NCBI GenBank assembly: GCA_034670305.1 | Contig: JAXMNT010000022.1 | Location: 1-64,000 of the forward strand | Origin: Deltaproteobacteria bacterium | GTDB lineage: Bacteria > Myxococcota_A > Polyangia > Polyangiales > Houyiibacteriaceae | Length of the DNA stretch: 64,000 nt | Reading direction: 5' to 3' | Shown: positions 29,689 to 39,616 of the stretch, piece by piece | How the letters are laid out: each line of letters opens with the position of its first letter | How positions within the stretch are numbered: the first letter of the stretch is position 1 | Made by a program: the position numbers and the translations under genes | Notes under the pieces: model-generated | What the model was told of the DNA's origin: nothing | Database searches by the model: none | Seen by the model: only the letters and a program-made list of their open reading frames with translations

Positions 29689-31677
29689 ATGCGAACGTTC
29701 CTGCTCACACTCTTGGTCCTCGGATGCGGTGGCGGCACCACCACCGAGCCCACGGAAGTGTCCTCGACCGAAGGCGCCGAGGTCGCCACCCACGAGTCCG
29801 CGCGGGCGGCTTCGCCAGCGCTGCAGCCGTCGCTGATCGAGTCCGGTCCGCCCGAAGGCGAAGTCGAGCGCTACCAGGTGCCGCTGGGCGCCGCTCCGAT
29901 TCGCGGCGCGGGCCAACTCGTGACCATCGTCGCATTCAGCGAGTTCCAGTGCCCCTTCTGCGGCCGCGTGCAGCCCACCCTCGAGCAGGTGATGCGGCGC
30001 TACCCGGCCGAGGTCCGGCTCGTGTTTCGCAACCGCGTGCTCCCGTTTCACGCGAACGCGCGCCCCGCTGCACTGGCCGCTCTGGAAGTGCGCGCGCAAC
30101 TCGGCGACGAAGCGTTCTGGCGCATGCACGACACACTCTTCGCCAACCAGCGCAGTCTCGAGCTCGAGGATCTCGTCGCGGCGGCGCAGCGGATCGGGGC
30201 CGACGGTCGTGCGGTGCGCAACGCCATCCAACAAGACACGCACGCGGCGGTCCTCGACGAAGACGACGCGCTGGCGGTTCGGCTGAACGCGCTGGGCACT
30301 CCGACCTTCTTCATCAACGGCCGACCGCTGACCGGCGCCCAACCCTTCGAAGCCTTCGAGACGATGGTCGAAGAGGAGATCGCGCTGGCCCGACAGAACC
30401 AGGCCAACCCGGCTGGGTACTACGAGTCGTTGCTCGCCTCCGCTCCGACCGAGCGCAGCCGTCCCTCGCCGAGCGGTGGGGCAGCGCCGGCCCTGCCGGA
30501 CACCACCGTCTACCACCTGCCGGTCGGAGACGCGCCGACCCGAGGCCCCGACGACGCGCTGGTGACCATCGTCGCGTTCACCGACCTCGAGTGTCCGTTC
30601 TGCGCCCGGGCAGCGGCCACGCTCACCGAGCTCGAACAACGCTACGGGCGCGATCTTCGGATCGTCTTCCGACACCTCCCGCTGCCCTTTCATCAACACG
30701 CGATCGAAGCCCACGAGTTCGCGCTCGCGGTGAAAGCCAACCGCAACGACGAAGCGTTCTGGCGGTTCACGGATCTCGCGTTCACCAACCGCACCGCGCT
30801 CGAACGCGCCGACCTCGAACGGTATGCGCAAGAAGCCGGCGCCAACCTGCGGCGCGTGCGTCGCGACGTCGACCGCCACACCCATCGACCGCGCATCGAC
30901 GCCGACGTCGAGATCACCCGCCGTCTCCGAATCACCGGCACGCCGACCTTCTTCATCAACGGACGCAAACTGACCGGCGCCCAACCGGTGGAATCGTTCG
31001 TTCGACTCATCGACGAGGTGAAGACCGCCGCCGAGCAACTCGTGCAACAGGGCACACCGCGCAGCGGGGTCTACGCGGCGGTCATCGCCGACGGCGTGCA
31101 GGATGTGGCGGCCCCCCCGCCTGCCCCTGGCGCCGGGCCCACGGTGCTCCCGAACCCGCCCGCGGTGCCGTCGAGCACGCCCTCCCGCGGCTCGAGCGAT
31201 CCGAACGCGCTGACCGTTCAGATCTTCAGCGACTTCCAGTGTCCCTTCTGTTCGCGCGCGGTGCCCACCATCGACCGGGTCGCGCAGACATACCCGCAGG
31301 TGCGCATCGTCTTCCGGCAGATGCCCTTGGCGTTTCACAACAACGCGCGTGAGGCGGCCGAGGCGTCGCTCGAAGTACGCGCCCAAGCCGGAGACGAAGC
31401 GTTCTGGCGCTACCACGACTTGCTCTTCGCCAACCAACGCGCGCTCGAGCGTGCCGATCTCGAACGCTACGCCCAGCAGGTCGGTGGCGTGAACCTCGCC
31501 CGGTTCCGGAGCGCGCTCGACCAAGACGTGCACGTCCCCCAGATCGACGCCGACATCGCTGCCGCCGGCACGATCGGCATCCGGGGCACGCCCTCCTTCG
31601 TGGTCGGCAACCAGGTGGTGCGGGGCGCGCAGCCCTTCACGGCGTTCGAAGACGCGATCGACGCCCAACTGCCTTGA
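29689..31677 (+). CDS. Lipoprotein with three tandem DsbA/thioredoxin domains
   Basis: Lipobox VLGC; three CPFC motifs (FSEFQCPFC, FTDLECPFC, FSDFQCPFC), each followed by GTP and GAQP. Confidence 0.93.
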   Translation: MRTFLLTLLVLGCGGGTTTEPTEVSSTEGAEVATHESARAASPALQPSLIESGPPEGEVERYQVPLGAAPIRGAGQLVTIVAFSEFQCPFCGRVQPTLEQVMRRYPAEVRLVFRNRVLPFHANARPAALAALEVRAQLGDEAFWRMHDTLFANQRSLELEDLVAAAQRIGADGRAVRNAIQQDTHAAVLDEDDALAVRLNALGTPTFFINGRPLTGAQPFEAFETMVEEEIALARQNQANPAGYYESLLASAPTERSRPSPSGGAAPALPDTTVYHLPVGDAPTRGPDDALVTIVAFTDLECPFCARAAATLTELEQRYGRDLRIVFRHLPLPFHQHAIEAHEFALAVKANRNDEAFWRFTDLAFTNRTALERADLERYAQEAGANLRRVRRDVDRHTHRPRIDADVEITRRLRITGTPTFFINGRKLTGAQPVESFVRLIDEVKTAAEQLVQQGTPRSGVYAAVIADGVQDVAAPPPAPGAGPTVLPNPPAVPSSTPSRGSSDPNALTVQIFSDFQCPFCSRAVPTIDRVAQTYPQVRIVFRQMPLAFHNNAREAAEASLEVRAQAGDEAFWRYHDLLFANQRALERADLERYAQQVGGVNLARFRSALDQDVHVPQIDADIAAAGTIGIRGTPSFVVGNQVVRGAQPFTAFEDAIDAQLP

Positions 31678-33626
31678 ACGAGTGGACGCCCCAAGGCGGG
31701 CGGTACGAGAAGCTCATCTTGCTGCAGTCTCGCCCCGGCGGCGAGCTCTACCGGGCGTTCGATCGACACCTGGAACGAGGCGTGTGGATCAAGCGGTTCA
31801 CGCGCACGGACGAGCCGGCGCGGTTCGCGCGAGAAGCGGCGATCCTCGGCTCGCTGAAGCACGTGGCGCTCCCGTGGATACACGAAGCCGTCGCGGAGCC
31901 CGAGGCGTACCTCGTGATGCGCCCCGCGCACGGTCGGTTCCTGTCGCAGTTGCTCGACAAAGGTCCGGTTCCGGAAGTCGAGCTGATTCAGTGGATGGTC
32001 GATCTCCTCGGCGCGCTCGAAGAAGCCCACCGCCTTGGTTTCGTGCACCGAGACGTCCGCCCGGAGAACGTCTTCATCGAGCGGAGCAACAATCGACGAT
32101 CGCCACTGTTGCTCGGGTTCACGCGGGCTCGGGCGACGGGCAGTCAGCGCACCAGCACCGGTCAGAGCGACGGCGGCATCCACGGCTTCGTCGCGCCCGA
32201 AGAGATCACCTCCGACCGAGTGGACCTGCGGACCGACGTGCACGGGGTGGCGGCCGTCCTCTACTACGCGCTGGAAGGTCGTGAGCCACGGCCGCTGGCG
32301 TTGTCGCCGAACGAGCCCCCGAAACCACCGGAACAATGTTCGCCCCGCCTGGCCGCGGTGCTCATGCACGCGCTCGACCCCGATCCCAGCCGGCGGTTTC
32401 AGTCCGCCGCCGCATTCGCGGACGAGCTCCGCGGCAAACCCTCTCGGATCCCAGGCGGGGTCGAACTCGGCGACACCATCGGCCGTCTCGAGACCCGCGC
32501 GATCCTCGGCCACGGCGGCATGGGCGTCGTCTACCTGGCGTGGGACCGCCTGCTCAAACGGCACGTCGCGCTGAAGTTGCTCTCGGGCGTCGCGGACCCG
32601 GACGAGCTGCTCGCCGAAGCCCGCGCGATGGCCAAGGTGCAGCACCCCAACATCGTCTCGGTCTACGAGGCCGGCATGCAGGGGCACCGCGCGTATCTGG
32701 TGATGGAGCACATCGCCGGCGGCTCCCTCGCGAAGCTCCTCGCCGAAGGCCCCGTCTCCCTTCCGACCATGCTCTGGGTGCTCGAACAAGCGGCGCGTGG
32801 CCTCGACGCGGTCCACCGCGCGGGCCTCACCCACGGCGACATCAAACCCGCCAACATCTTGCTCGGTCCGGCCGGCCGGGTGTGCCTCGCGGACTTCGGA
32901 CTCGCCCGTGCCCGCGCGACCACAGGAGAGCTCGGATACACCCCCGCGTACGCGGCACCCGAGCTCTTCGGCAGTCACGGGATATCCACCGCCGCGAGCG
33001 ACATCTACCAGCTGGGTGTGGTCGTCTTCGAGATGATCACCGGCCGGCTCCCCTTCGACGCCAGCGGGGACGACGCGTGGCGACGGGCCCACCGCGATGC
33101 GCTGGTGCCGGTCCCGAGCGAGATCGTGCACACCCCGTTCGAACTCGATCTGCTGATCCAGCAGCTGCTCGCCAAGTCGCCGAAGGACCGTCCGGGCACC
33201 CAAGAGATCGCGCGGCGTGCGGCGAAGCTGGCGGATACGGGCAACCGGCCGGTGTCGGTGTTGATCGTCGATTCGCCCTCCTCCGCGAGTGCGCTCTCGT
33301 TCACGGTGCAGCACTGGAAGTCCGACGCGGTCGTGCGAACCGCGTCAACCGCCGCCGAGGCACTGGCGCTCATCGCAGAAGGCAGCTTTGATCTCGTGTT
33401 CTTCGAGCTCGAGCTCGAGGGGAACGAGAACGGCGTGGAGTTCGTCGCCCGTTCGCGCGCCGAGTTGGAGACCGTGCCTCCCCTGGTCGCGATCTCCGCC
33501 ACCGGTGCCGCGGCGGACTGGCAAGTGCTCTCTGCCCTCGGCGTCCGCGCCTTTCTCCCGAAGCCGATCAACTCGGATTCTCTCGACATCCACCTCGCCC
33601 GCCTCCTCCCTGACGGTGGCCCCTAA
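31674..33626 (+). CDS. Ser/Thr kinase with N-terminal pseudokinase and C-terminal receiver-like domain
   Basis: Domain 1 has HRDVRPEN and no DFG. Domain 2 has LGHGGMGVVY, VALK, HGDIKPAN, DFG and APE. The tail has VLIVD, FDLVFFE and FLPKP. TTG start overlaps the upstream stop. Confidence 0.88.
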   Translation: MNEWTPQGGRYEKLILLQSRPGGELYRAFDRHLERGVWIKRFTRTDEPARFAREAAILGSLKHVALPWIHEAVAEPEAYLVMRPAHGRFLSQLLDKGPVPEVELIQWMVDLLGALEEAHRLGFVHRDVRPENVFIERSNNRRSPLLLGFTRARATGSQRTSTGQSDGGIHGFVAPEEITSDRVDLRTDVHGVAAVLYYALEGREPRPLALSPNEPPKPPEQCSPRLAAVLMHALDPDPSRRFQSAAAFADELRGKPSRIPGGVELGDTIGRLETRAILGHGGMGVVYLAWDRLLKRHVALKLLSGVADPDELLAEARAMAKVQHPNIVSVYEAGMQGHRAYLVMEHIAGGSLAKLLAEGPVSLPTMLWVLEQAARGLDAVHRAGLTHGDIKPANILLGPAGRVCLADFGLARARATTGELGYTPAYAAPELFGSHGISTAASDIYQLGVVVFEMITGRLPFDASGDDAWRRAHRDALVPVPSEIVHTPFELDLLIQQLLAKSPKDRPGTQEIARRAAKLADTGNRPVSVLIVDSPSSASALSFTVQHWKSDAVVRTASTAAEALALIAEGSFDLVFFELELEGNENGVEFVARSRAELETVPPLVAISATGAAADWQVLSALGVRAFLPKPINSDSLDIHLARLLPDGGP

Positions 33627-33680
33627 GAGAAAGGACCGAAGCGCCGATGCGCTCCGGTCCTTGCCTCACGTCATGCTCGC

Positions 33681-36600
33681 TCAGCGGGTGCGGCGTCGGC
33701 GCAGCATCAGCACCAGCGCGCCGCACAGGAGCGCTGCGGAGCCGCCGCCTTCGCCGCCCGCAGCGCAGAACGCCCCGCCGGTGTAGCCGCCCATACCGCT
33801 CGGGGGTGTGCCGCCCGAGGGGTCGAGGTAGTTGGGGATTCCGTCGCCGTCGTCGTCGCCGGTGCCCTCGGTTTCGTCGGAGGCTCCGTCGCCATCTGAA
33901 TCGGTGTCGAGCCAGTTGTCGATCCCATCCATGTCGACGTCGTTGCCGTGCGTGGCGCCATCGGCGATTTCGGTGGCGGTCGGGATGCCGTCGCCGTCGT
34001 CGTCGCTGTCCAAGAAGTCGCTCGTGCCGTCGCGGTCGGTGTCGATCGGTGACGCGAAGCCGCCCGGTCCGAGCTCGTCCATCGTCAAGATTCCATCGCC
34101 GTCGTCGTCGTTGTCGAGGTGGTTCGGCGTTCCGTCGCCGTCGGTGTCCTGGTCGCCGGCCGGTCGTTCGTTGATCGTCGGCACGCCGTCCCCGTCGTCG
34201 TCCGGATCGAGGAAGTCGGGCGTTCCGTCGCCGTCGGTGTCGGGGCAGCTGGCCGGCATCGAGGGGTCGTCGCACTCGACGAGGTCCGGGATGCCATCGA
34301 GATCCTGGTCGCGCGGGGCGGAGTCCGGGTCGAGGTAATCCGGGATGCCGTCGCCATCCATGTCGAGCGTGCCCGTCTCCATCAAGTCCGACGCGCCGTC
34401 TCCATCCGAGTCCTCGTCGAGGTACGCCGGGATGCCGTCGTCGTCCGGGTTGCCGTGCACGAGCACGTCCGCGATCTCCTGAGCGGTCGTGATGTCGTCG
34501 CCGTCGTCGTCGTCGTCCTGGAAGTCCGGCAGCGCATCGCCGTCGAGGTTCGGGGTGGGGGCCGGCACGCCGATCACACCACCGCACACCGCGTCGACGC
34601 AGTCCTCGTCGAACGCATCGTCGAGTCCGTCCATGTCGGTGTCGGTGCCGGACGCGATCACGTCCGCCACTCCGTCGTGGTCGGCGTCGTGGCCTTCCAC
34701 GGCGTCGTCCACTCCGTCGCCGTCCGCGTCGGTGTCGAGGTAGTCGGGGCCACCGACTCCGTCGGTGTTGGCGCAATCGCCTTCGCCGCACTCGACGTCG
34801 TCGGTGATGCCATCGCCGTCCGCGTCGATGTCGAGGTGGTCGGGCAGCCCGTCTTCGTCGGTGTCGACCGCGGGGGGCGTGGCGTCTTCGTAGGCGTCGT
34901 CGACGCCGTCCATGTCCGCGTCTTCGCCGGTGGGCGTCGTGTCGGCCATGCCGTCGCCGTCCGCATCCCAGGCTTCGGTGGCGGTCGGGATTCCGTCGCC
35001 GTCGTCGTCCGCGTCCCGGTAGTTCGGGGCCCCGTCGCCGTCGATGTCGGTCGTCGGCTCATCGACGGTCAGCAGCCCGTCGCCGTCGTCGTCCGCATCG
35101 CGGTAGTCGGGTCGACCGTCCTCGTCGGTGTCTTCGCACATCGTCGCCACGCGGCATTCGTCGATGGTCGGCACGCCGTCGTCGTCGTCGTCCGGATCCA
35201 TGTAGTCGTCCATGCCGTCGCCGTCCGAGTCCGGGCAGCCGTCGCTCGGCAGGCCCATGCACTCGATCGTGTCCGGCACGCCGTCGCCGTCGGTGTCCAC
35301 CGGGGACGAGTCCGGGTCGAGGTAGTCGGGCACGCCATCGCCGTCGAGGTCGACGGTCCCTTCGGTGCGGTCGAGCACGCCGTCACCGTCGGAGTCGTCG
35401 TCGAGCCATGCATCGTCCGCGTCGCCGTCGGGGGTGCCGTGAATGGCCTGGTCCGCGATCTCTTGGTCGGTGTCGATGCCGTCGCCGTCGTCGTCCGGGT
35501 CCCGGAAGTCTTCCAGCGTGTCCGCCGGCGCGTCGGTGTTGCGGCACGGCAGGCTCGGGCACTCGGTCATGTCCGACAGGCCGTCCCCGTCCGAGTCGTC
35601 GTCCAGGTAGTCCGCCACGCCGTCGCCGTCCGACGACTCGCAGGTCGCCGTCTCGCCCGTCGTACACTCGACGCCGGTCGGGATGCCGTCGTTGTCGTCG
35701 TCCGGATCGAGGTACGGAGGCAGCGCGTCGCCGTCGCTGTTGGGCGCGGTGCGCTCTTCGTCGGTTGGCAGGCCGTCGCCGTCGTCGTCTGGGTCCTGCC
35801 AGTTGCGCGGTGCGGTGCCATCGCTGTTCGGCAGCGGAGCGACGACGCCCACAGTGCCCATGCAGAGCGCCGCGGTGCAGTCCGGGTCGAAGGCATCGTC
35901 CAGGCCGTCGCCGTCCGTGTCCCGTCCGACGGGCATGCGGTCGGGCATGCCGTCCTCGTCCCGGTCGTGGCCCTCGATGAGGTCGAGCACGCCATCGCCG
36001 TCTGCGTCGTCGTCGAGGTGGTCCGGGGTTCCGTCGCTGTTCGTGTCGACGAAACGCACGACCCGGTCGTTCAGTCCGTCGCCGTCGGCGTCGACCTTGG
36101 TGTCCACCCGTCCGTCGCCGTTCCGGTCGGTGATCGTGCCGAGTTCACGGCCATCGGTGATCCCGTCGCCGTCGCTGTCGACGTCGCGGTAGTCCTCTTG
36201 GCCGTCCATGTCCGTGTCGGGCGGCATGGCCGAACTGGCGAACATGCTGGCGTCCATCGGGGCGGTGTCGAACGCGTCGATCATGCCATCGAGATCGGTG
36301 TCCGTGAGATCGTCCGGCACGCCGTCGCCGTCGGCGTCGAGCATCATGTTGCCGGACTCCCAGAGGTCTGGGATGCCGTCGTCGTCGTGGTCGCGGTCCA
36401 GGTGGTTGGGCACGCCGTCGCCGTCGAAGTCGTAGCGGTCGTCGGTTCCGTTGCCATCCGCGTCCACGTACCCGGGCTCGTCCGAGTCGCCCCAGTCCGG
36501 GACGCCGTCGCCGTCCCGGTCGCCGCTGACATCGACCCCACCGAGTTCGTCGACGTCGGAGATGCCGTCGTTGTCGTCGTCGGGATCGAGGGCATCGATG

Positions 36601-37721
36601 AGTCCGTCGCCGTCCGAGTCGAGAGCGGTGCACTCGAGCGCCTGCTCGAGCGCGCTCGGATCGAGGGTGTAGACCACCCCGAATCGAACCCGCTCACCCG
36701 CTCGGAGGGCGTAGCGCACCGAGATCGAGATCGCCTCGTCCTGGGTGTCGGTGCCGGATTCGTTGAGATCGCCCCCGGGTGTGCAGCCGGTGCAGACGCC
36801 GCCTTCGAAGACGGCCCGCGGGTTGCGCACGAGGAAGCTGCCGTGGGTGACCCGCGCGTTCGCGTTGCGCGCGCCGAGCGCGATGTAGCTGTCCGTGCTG
36901 ACACCCGGGACCGCGTCCTGGGTCGCGGACACGAGCGCGTCTTCGCTGCCCATCACACCCGGCTGCCCGTCGATGGTGTTCGTCGTGTCGTAGTCGCCGG
37001 TCAGGCTCACGTTGTTGTCCGGGTCGACCGTGCGGAGGTAGTAGACCTCCGGCATGTCGGTGTCGGTGGTGTTGTGCAGCGTCACCTCGACGACGATGAA
37101 GAGCCCCTCGTGGAGCACTTTGAAAGTCTGGGTGATGTCCAGCCCATCGATGGTCCCCGCCCAGGTCCCCTGGGCGCCGCCGCGCCGGCCGCACACGTCG
37201 CGCGGGAGGCACTCGAGGGTGGCCGGATCGAACGCACCGGGCACATCGGCGCCGCCGCCAGCGCTGCTGTTGATGTGGATGTCGTCGCCGATCTGCACGC
37301 CCCAAGATTCCTCTGGGGTGCCCGGGAAGAAGAAGTCGCCGTCGGGTGTCAGCCAACCGCCCGCGCCGCCGGGCATGCCGTCCGGGTCCGCCACGAACCC
37401 GAGGTTGCGTGCGGCGCTGTCGTTGCGTGGATGCCAGGGCCCGAGCAGGTCCGCCGCGGGCACCGCACTGGCGGAGCCGAACGAGCCGCGTGCACGCGCC
37501 CCCATCTCGACGAAACGGGTGCGGAGGAACGCGTCTCCGCCGGCCGAGACCACCTCGCAGTAGTCGTCGCAGCCCGTCACATCGACGGAGGTCGCGGGCG
37601 GGGTGCCTGGACACTCGTCTCGGGGGTCGAGCACCCCGTCGGCGTCGGCGTCCTGGGCCAGGGTGGGGAGGGCGACGGCGGAGGCGACCACCACCGTGAA
37701 GAAGCGAAGGAGTGAGTGCAC
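33681..37721 (-). CDS. Large cell-surface protein with TSP3-like Ca-binding repeats and MYXO-CTERM-like tail
   Basis: Signal peptide; dozens of DxDxDG.PDYLD repeats; C-terminal GG..C...hydrophobic-RRRR tail. Confidence 0.92.
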   Translation of the reverse strand: MHSLLRFFTVVVASAVALPTLAQDADADGVLDPRDECPGTPPATSVDVTGCDDYCEVVSAGGDAFLRTRFVEMGARARGSFGSASAVPAADLLGPWHPRNDSAARNLGFVADPDGMPGGAGGWLTPDGDFFFPGTPEESWGVQIGDDIHINSSAGGGADVPGAFDPATLECLPRDVCGRRGGAQGTWAGTIDGLDITQTFKVLHEGLFIVVEVTLHNTTDTDMPEVYYLRTVDPDNNVSLTGDYDTTNTIDGQPGVMGSEDALVSATQDAVPGVSTDSYIALGARNANARVTHGSFLVRNPRAVFEGGVCTGCTPGGDLNESGTDTQDEAISISVRYALRAGERVRFGVVYTLDPSALEQALECTALDSDGDGLIDALDPDDDNDGISDVDELGGVDVSGDRDGDGVPDWGDSDEPGYVDADGNGTDDRYDFDGDGVPNHLDRDHDDDGIPDLWESGNMMLDADGDGVPDDLTDTDLDGMIDAFDTAPMDASMFASSAMPPDTDMDGQEDYRDVDSDGDGITDGRELGTITDRNGDGRVDTKVDADGDGLNDRVVRFVDTNSDGTPDHLDDDADGDGVLDLIEGHDRDEDGMPDRMPVGRDTDGDGLDDAFDPDCTAALCMGTVGVVAPLPNSDGTAPRNWQDPDDDGDGLPTDEERTAPNSDGDALPPYLDPDDDNDGIPTGVECTTGETATCESSDGDGVADYLDDDSDGDGLSDMTECPSLPCRNTDAPADTLEDFRDPDDDGDGIDTDQEIADQAIHGTPDGDADDAWLDDDSDGDGVLDRTEGTVDLDGDGVPDYLDPDSSPVDTDGDGVPDTIECMGLPSDGCPDSDGDGMDDYMDPDDDDDGVPTIDECRVATMCEDTDEDGRPDYRDADDDGDGLLTVDEPTTDIDGDGAPNYRDADDDGDGIPTATEAWDADGDGMADTTPTGEDADMDGVDDAYEDATPPAVDTDEDGLPDHLDIDADGDGITDDVECGEGDCANTDGVGGPDYLDTDADGDGVDDAVEGHDADHDGVADVIASGTDTDMDGLDDAFDEDCVDAVCGGVIGVPAPTPNLDGDALPDFQDDDDDGDDITTAQEIADVLVHGNPDDDGIPAYLDEDSDGDGASDLMETGTLDMDGDGIPDYLDPDSAPRDQDLDGIPDLVECDDPSMPASCPDTDGDGTPDFLDPDDDGDGVPTINERPAGDQDTDGDGTPNHLDNDDDGDGILTMDELGPGGFASPIDTDRDGTSDFLDSDDDGDGIPTATEIADGATHGNDVDMDGIDNWLDTDSDGDGASDETEGTGDDDGDGIPNYLDPSGGTPPSGMGGYTGGAFCAAGGEGGGSAALLCGALVLMLRRRRTR

Positions 37722-37733
37722 GCCTTAGGGTAA

Positions 37734-37750
37734 AGCAAACCGTGAGCCAC
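37734..37750 (-). promoter_or_regulatory. Sigma54 (-24/-12) promoter of the TSP3-repeat gene
   Basis: GTGGCTCACGGTTTGCT on the minus strand, GG-N10-GC. Confidence 0.6.
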
Positions 37751-37884
37751 CCCCAAACACGTGTTTGTAGCTCGTAGGGTGTGGACTGGTCCCCACAAAC
37801 GCAGACTTTTTCCTACGACTTGGGTCGGTAGGAGGCCCCCCACCTGGGGGAGACCAGAACCCACCAAGGCCGCACATGCTTGCC

Positions 37885-37913
37885 TTGACCCCGACCCCGA
37901 CCGCTTCTAGGGT
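37885..37913 (+). promoter_or_regulatory. Putative sigma70 promoter of the 37991 gene
   Basis: TTGACC-N17-TAGGGT. Confidence 0.55.
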
Positions 37914-37990
37914 GCGGCGCCCGAAAACATACGTTTTGTCCAGCACTTGCTGCGGAACGCCAAGGCCGGGCGAAGGGGTGATGGGAACCG

Positions 37991-38902
37991 ATGGCGCGAG
38001 CGAAGGCGAAAGCGAAACCGAAGGCGAAAACGACGCGGGCGAAGCCCACGGCAGTCGTCGAAGAGCTCTATTTCCGAAGCGACAGCGCGTACCTCTGCCT
38101 CATCCTGAACCGGCGCACGGACTTCGTGCGGGTGATCGACTTCCGGGCCGGCGCGCTGCCGGCGAAGCGGCTCTACATCCAATCGGTGGCGAAGCAGGAG
38201 GGGGTGGCGAAAGTCATCACCCTGGTCGAGAAGGACGAAGTCTCGTCGTGGACCAAAGTCGGCTTCGTGCGCGAGGGCACCATCCCGGGCTTTTACAAGC
38301 GAAGCGATGGTCACCTGTGCGGATGCGTCATCGGTGACCGCACCGCGTCGGTCGAAGTGACCGACAAGGGTGTGAAGCTCGCCGAGCGGACCATCAACAA
38401 GGCCAAGAAGGTCGCCAAGGACATCCCGGACAAGCTCCGCGGCGTCACCGTGCACGAGATCGAAGCCGAGGACGCGTTCAAGGCGCGCGACGCGGTCTGG
38501 AAGAAGGGACTCGGCATCGGGTCCTTCGACACCTTCGGCCGCGACGCGGCGCGTGGCTACTACGACTGCACGTACAAGAAGGCCAAGCCCAACTACATCT
38601 CGACCGAGTACCAAGACTGCTTCGGGCACTCGCTGATCGAGGTCCTGCGGGCCCCGACCGACGACGCCGAGACGCGTGCGCTCGTCGGCGGCCTTCGCAC
38701 CATCGGAGACTCGCTCACCGAGCGCGGCATCGTGTCCGCGTTCTCGTTTGCAGCGATCGACAACGTCGCGCTGGCCAACGCCTACGTGGCCGCCGGGTAC
38801 CGCAAGACGGGACTGCTCGCGATGGGCGTCAAGGTCGGCGACGAACGGCGAGACGCGATCCTCTGGACCCGCAAGCTCGCCAACCCAGCCGAAGATCCCT
38901 GA
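37991..38902 (+). CDS. GNAT-fold protein resembling beta-lysine N-acetyltransferase (AblB/YodP-like)
   Basis: Two GNAT-like C-terminal motifs (W.KVGFVREGTIPGFY and AYVAAGYRKTGLL); Lys-rich N-terminal tail. Confidence 0.6.
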   Translation: MARAKAKAKPKAKTTRAKPTAVVEELYFRSDSAYLCLILNRRTDFVRVIDFRAGALPAKRLYIQSVAKQEGVAKVITLVEKDEVSSWTKVGFVREGTIPGFYKRSDGHLCGCVIGDRTASVEVTDKGVKLAERTINKAKKVAKDIPDKLRGVTVHEIEAEDAFKARDAVWKKGLGIGSFDTFGRDAARGYYDCTYKKAKPNYISTEYQDCFGHSLIEVLRAPTDDAETRALVGGLRTIGDSLTERGIVSAFSFAAIDNVALANAYVAAGYRKTGLLAMGVKVGDERRDAILWTRKLANPAEDP

Positions 38903-38969
38903 CTCCGGTTCGTCGTCTCGGAACAACGAGGCGGTTTCTGGAAGCGGCGCAGTCTGATAGACGGTCGGG

Positions 38970-39395
38970 GTGAAGGTGCTTCGCTCGATCCTCATCGTCG
39001 ACGACAATCCAGCGGATTCGTTCTTCGTCGAGCTGACCTGGGAGCCGACCCGTCGAGTCCAGTTGGTCAACACGATCCACTCTTCGGAGCGCGCCCTGGC
39101 GGCGCTTCGAGATCCAGAGATCGGCAAGAAGCTGTTCAACGGCCGGCCGCTTCCGGACCTCGTCCTGCTCGACCTCAACATGCCTCGGGTGGATGGGTTC
39201 CAGTTCCTGGAGGCGCTGCCGAACTTCGGCGCGCCCATCGTCGTGCTGACCGGCTCGATGGATCCCCTCGAACGCGAGCGCGCCCTGAAGCTCGGCGCGG
39301 CGGACGTGCTCCGCAAACCGGTGCTGCCGCAGGACGCGCACGACCTCGCCGATAAGTTCGGGCACGCGCCCGATCCTTTGCAGTCCGGCCGATGA
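38970..39395 (+). CDS. Single-domain response regulator
   Basis: ILIVDDN, PDLVLLDLNMPRVDG, VVLTGS, LRKP. Confidence 0.92.
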   Translation: MKVLRSILIVDDNPADSFFVELTWEPTRRVQLVNTIHSSERALAALRDPEIGKKLFNGRPLPDLVLLDLNMPRVDGFQFLEALPNFGAPIVVLTGSMDPLERERALKLGAADVLRKPVLPQDAHDLADKFGHAPDPLQSGR

Positions 39396-39522
39396 AATAC
39401 GCGCGCTTGGCCGTGCGTACCGATCCACATGCCGTCCCTCTCGTGGTCTGCCGCGACACCCCCCGCGGGCCTCTCTCCGCGCATCCCGACCCCTGCCCCG
39501 ACCACTTTGCGGACCTCCGCGC

Positions 39523-39552
39523 TTTACAGCGCCCTCGGGGCCCCGATAGGCT
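39523..39552 (+). promoter_or_regulatory. Putative sigma70 promoter of the chaperone-pspA pair
   Basis: TTTACA-N18-TAGGCT. Confidence 0.45.
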
Positions 39553-39616
39553 GCCGCGGCTGCGTTGGCCTTTGCGACTTCACTCGAAAGGCAGCGTGGT
39601 TCGAATGAGGAGTTCG

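Noticed and set aside
34119-37715. Long antisense ORFs (also 53336-55906, 57303-59825, 29119-31668)
   Set aside because: Typical high-GC shadow frames opposite well-supported genes.
37760-37990. tRNA or known ncRNA in the larger intergenic gaps
   Set aside because: No cloverleaf, T-loop (GTTCRA) context or recognisable riboswitch core found.
39392-39616. N-terminal extension of the CesT/YbjN-like ORF
   Set aside because: Pro/Arg-rich, and contains the putative promoter; the SD supports ATG 39617.
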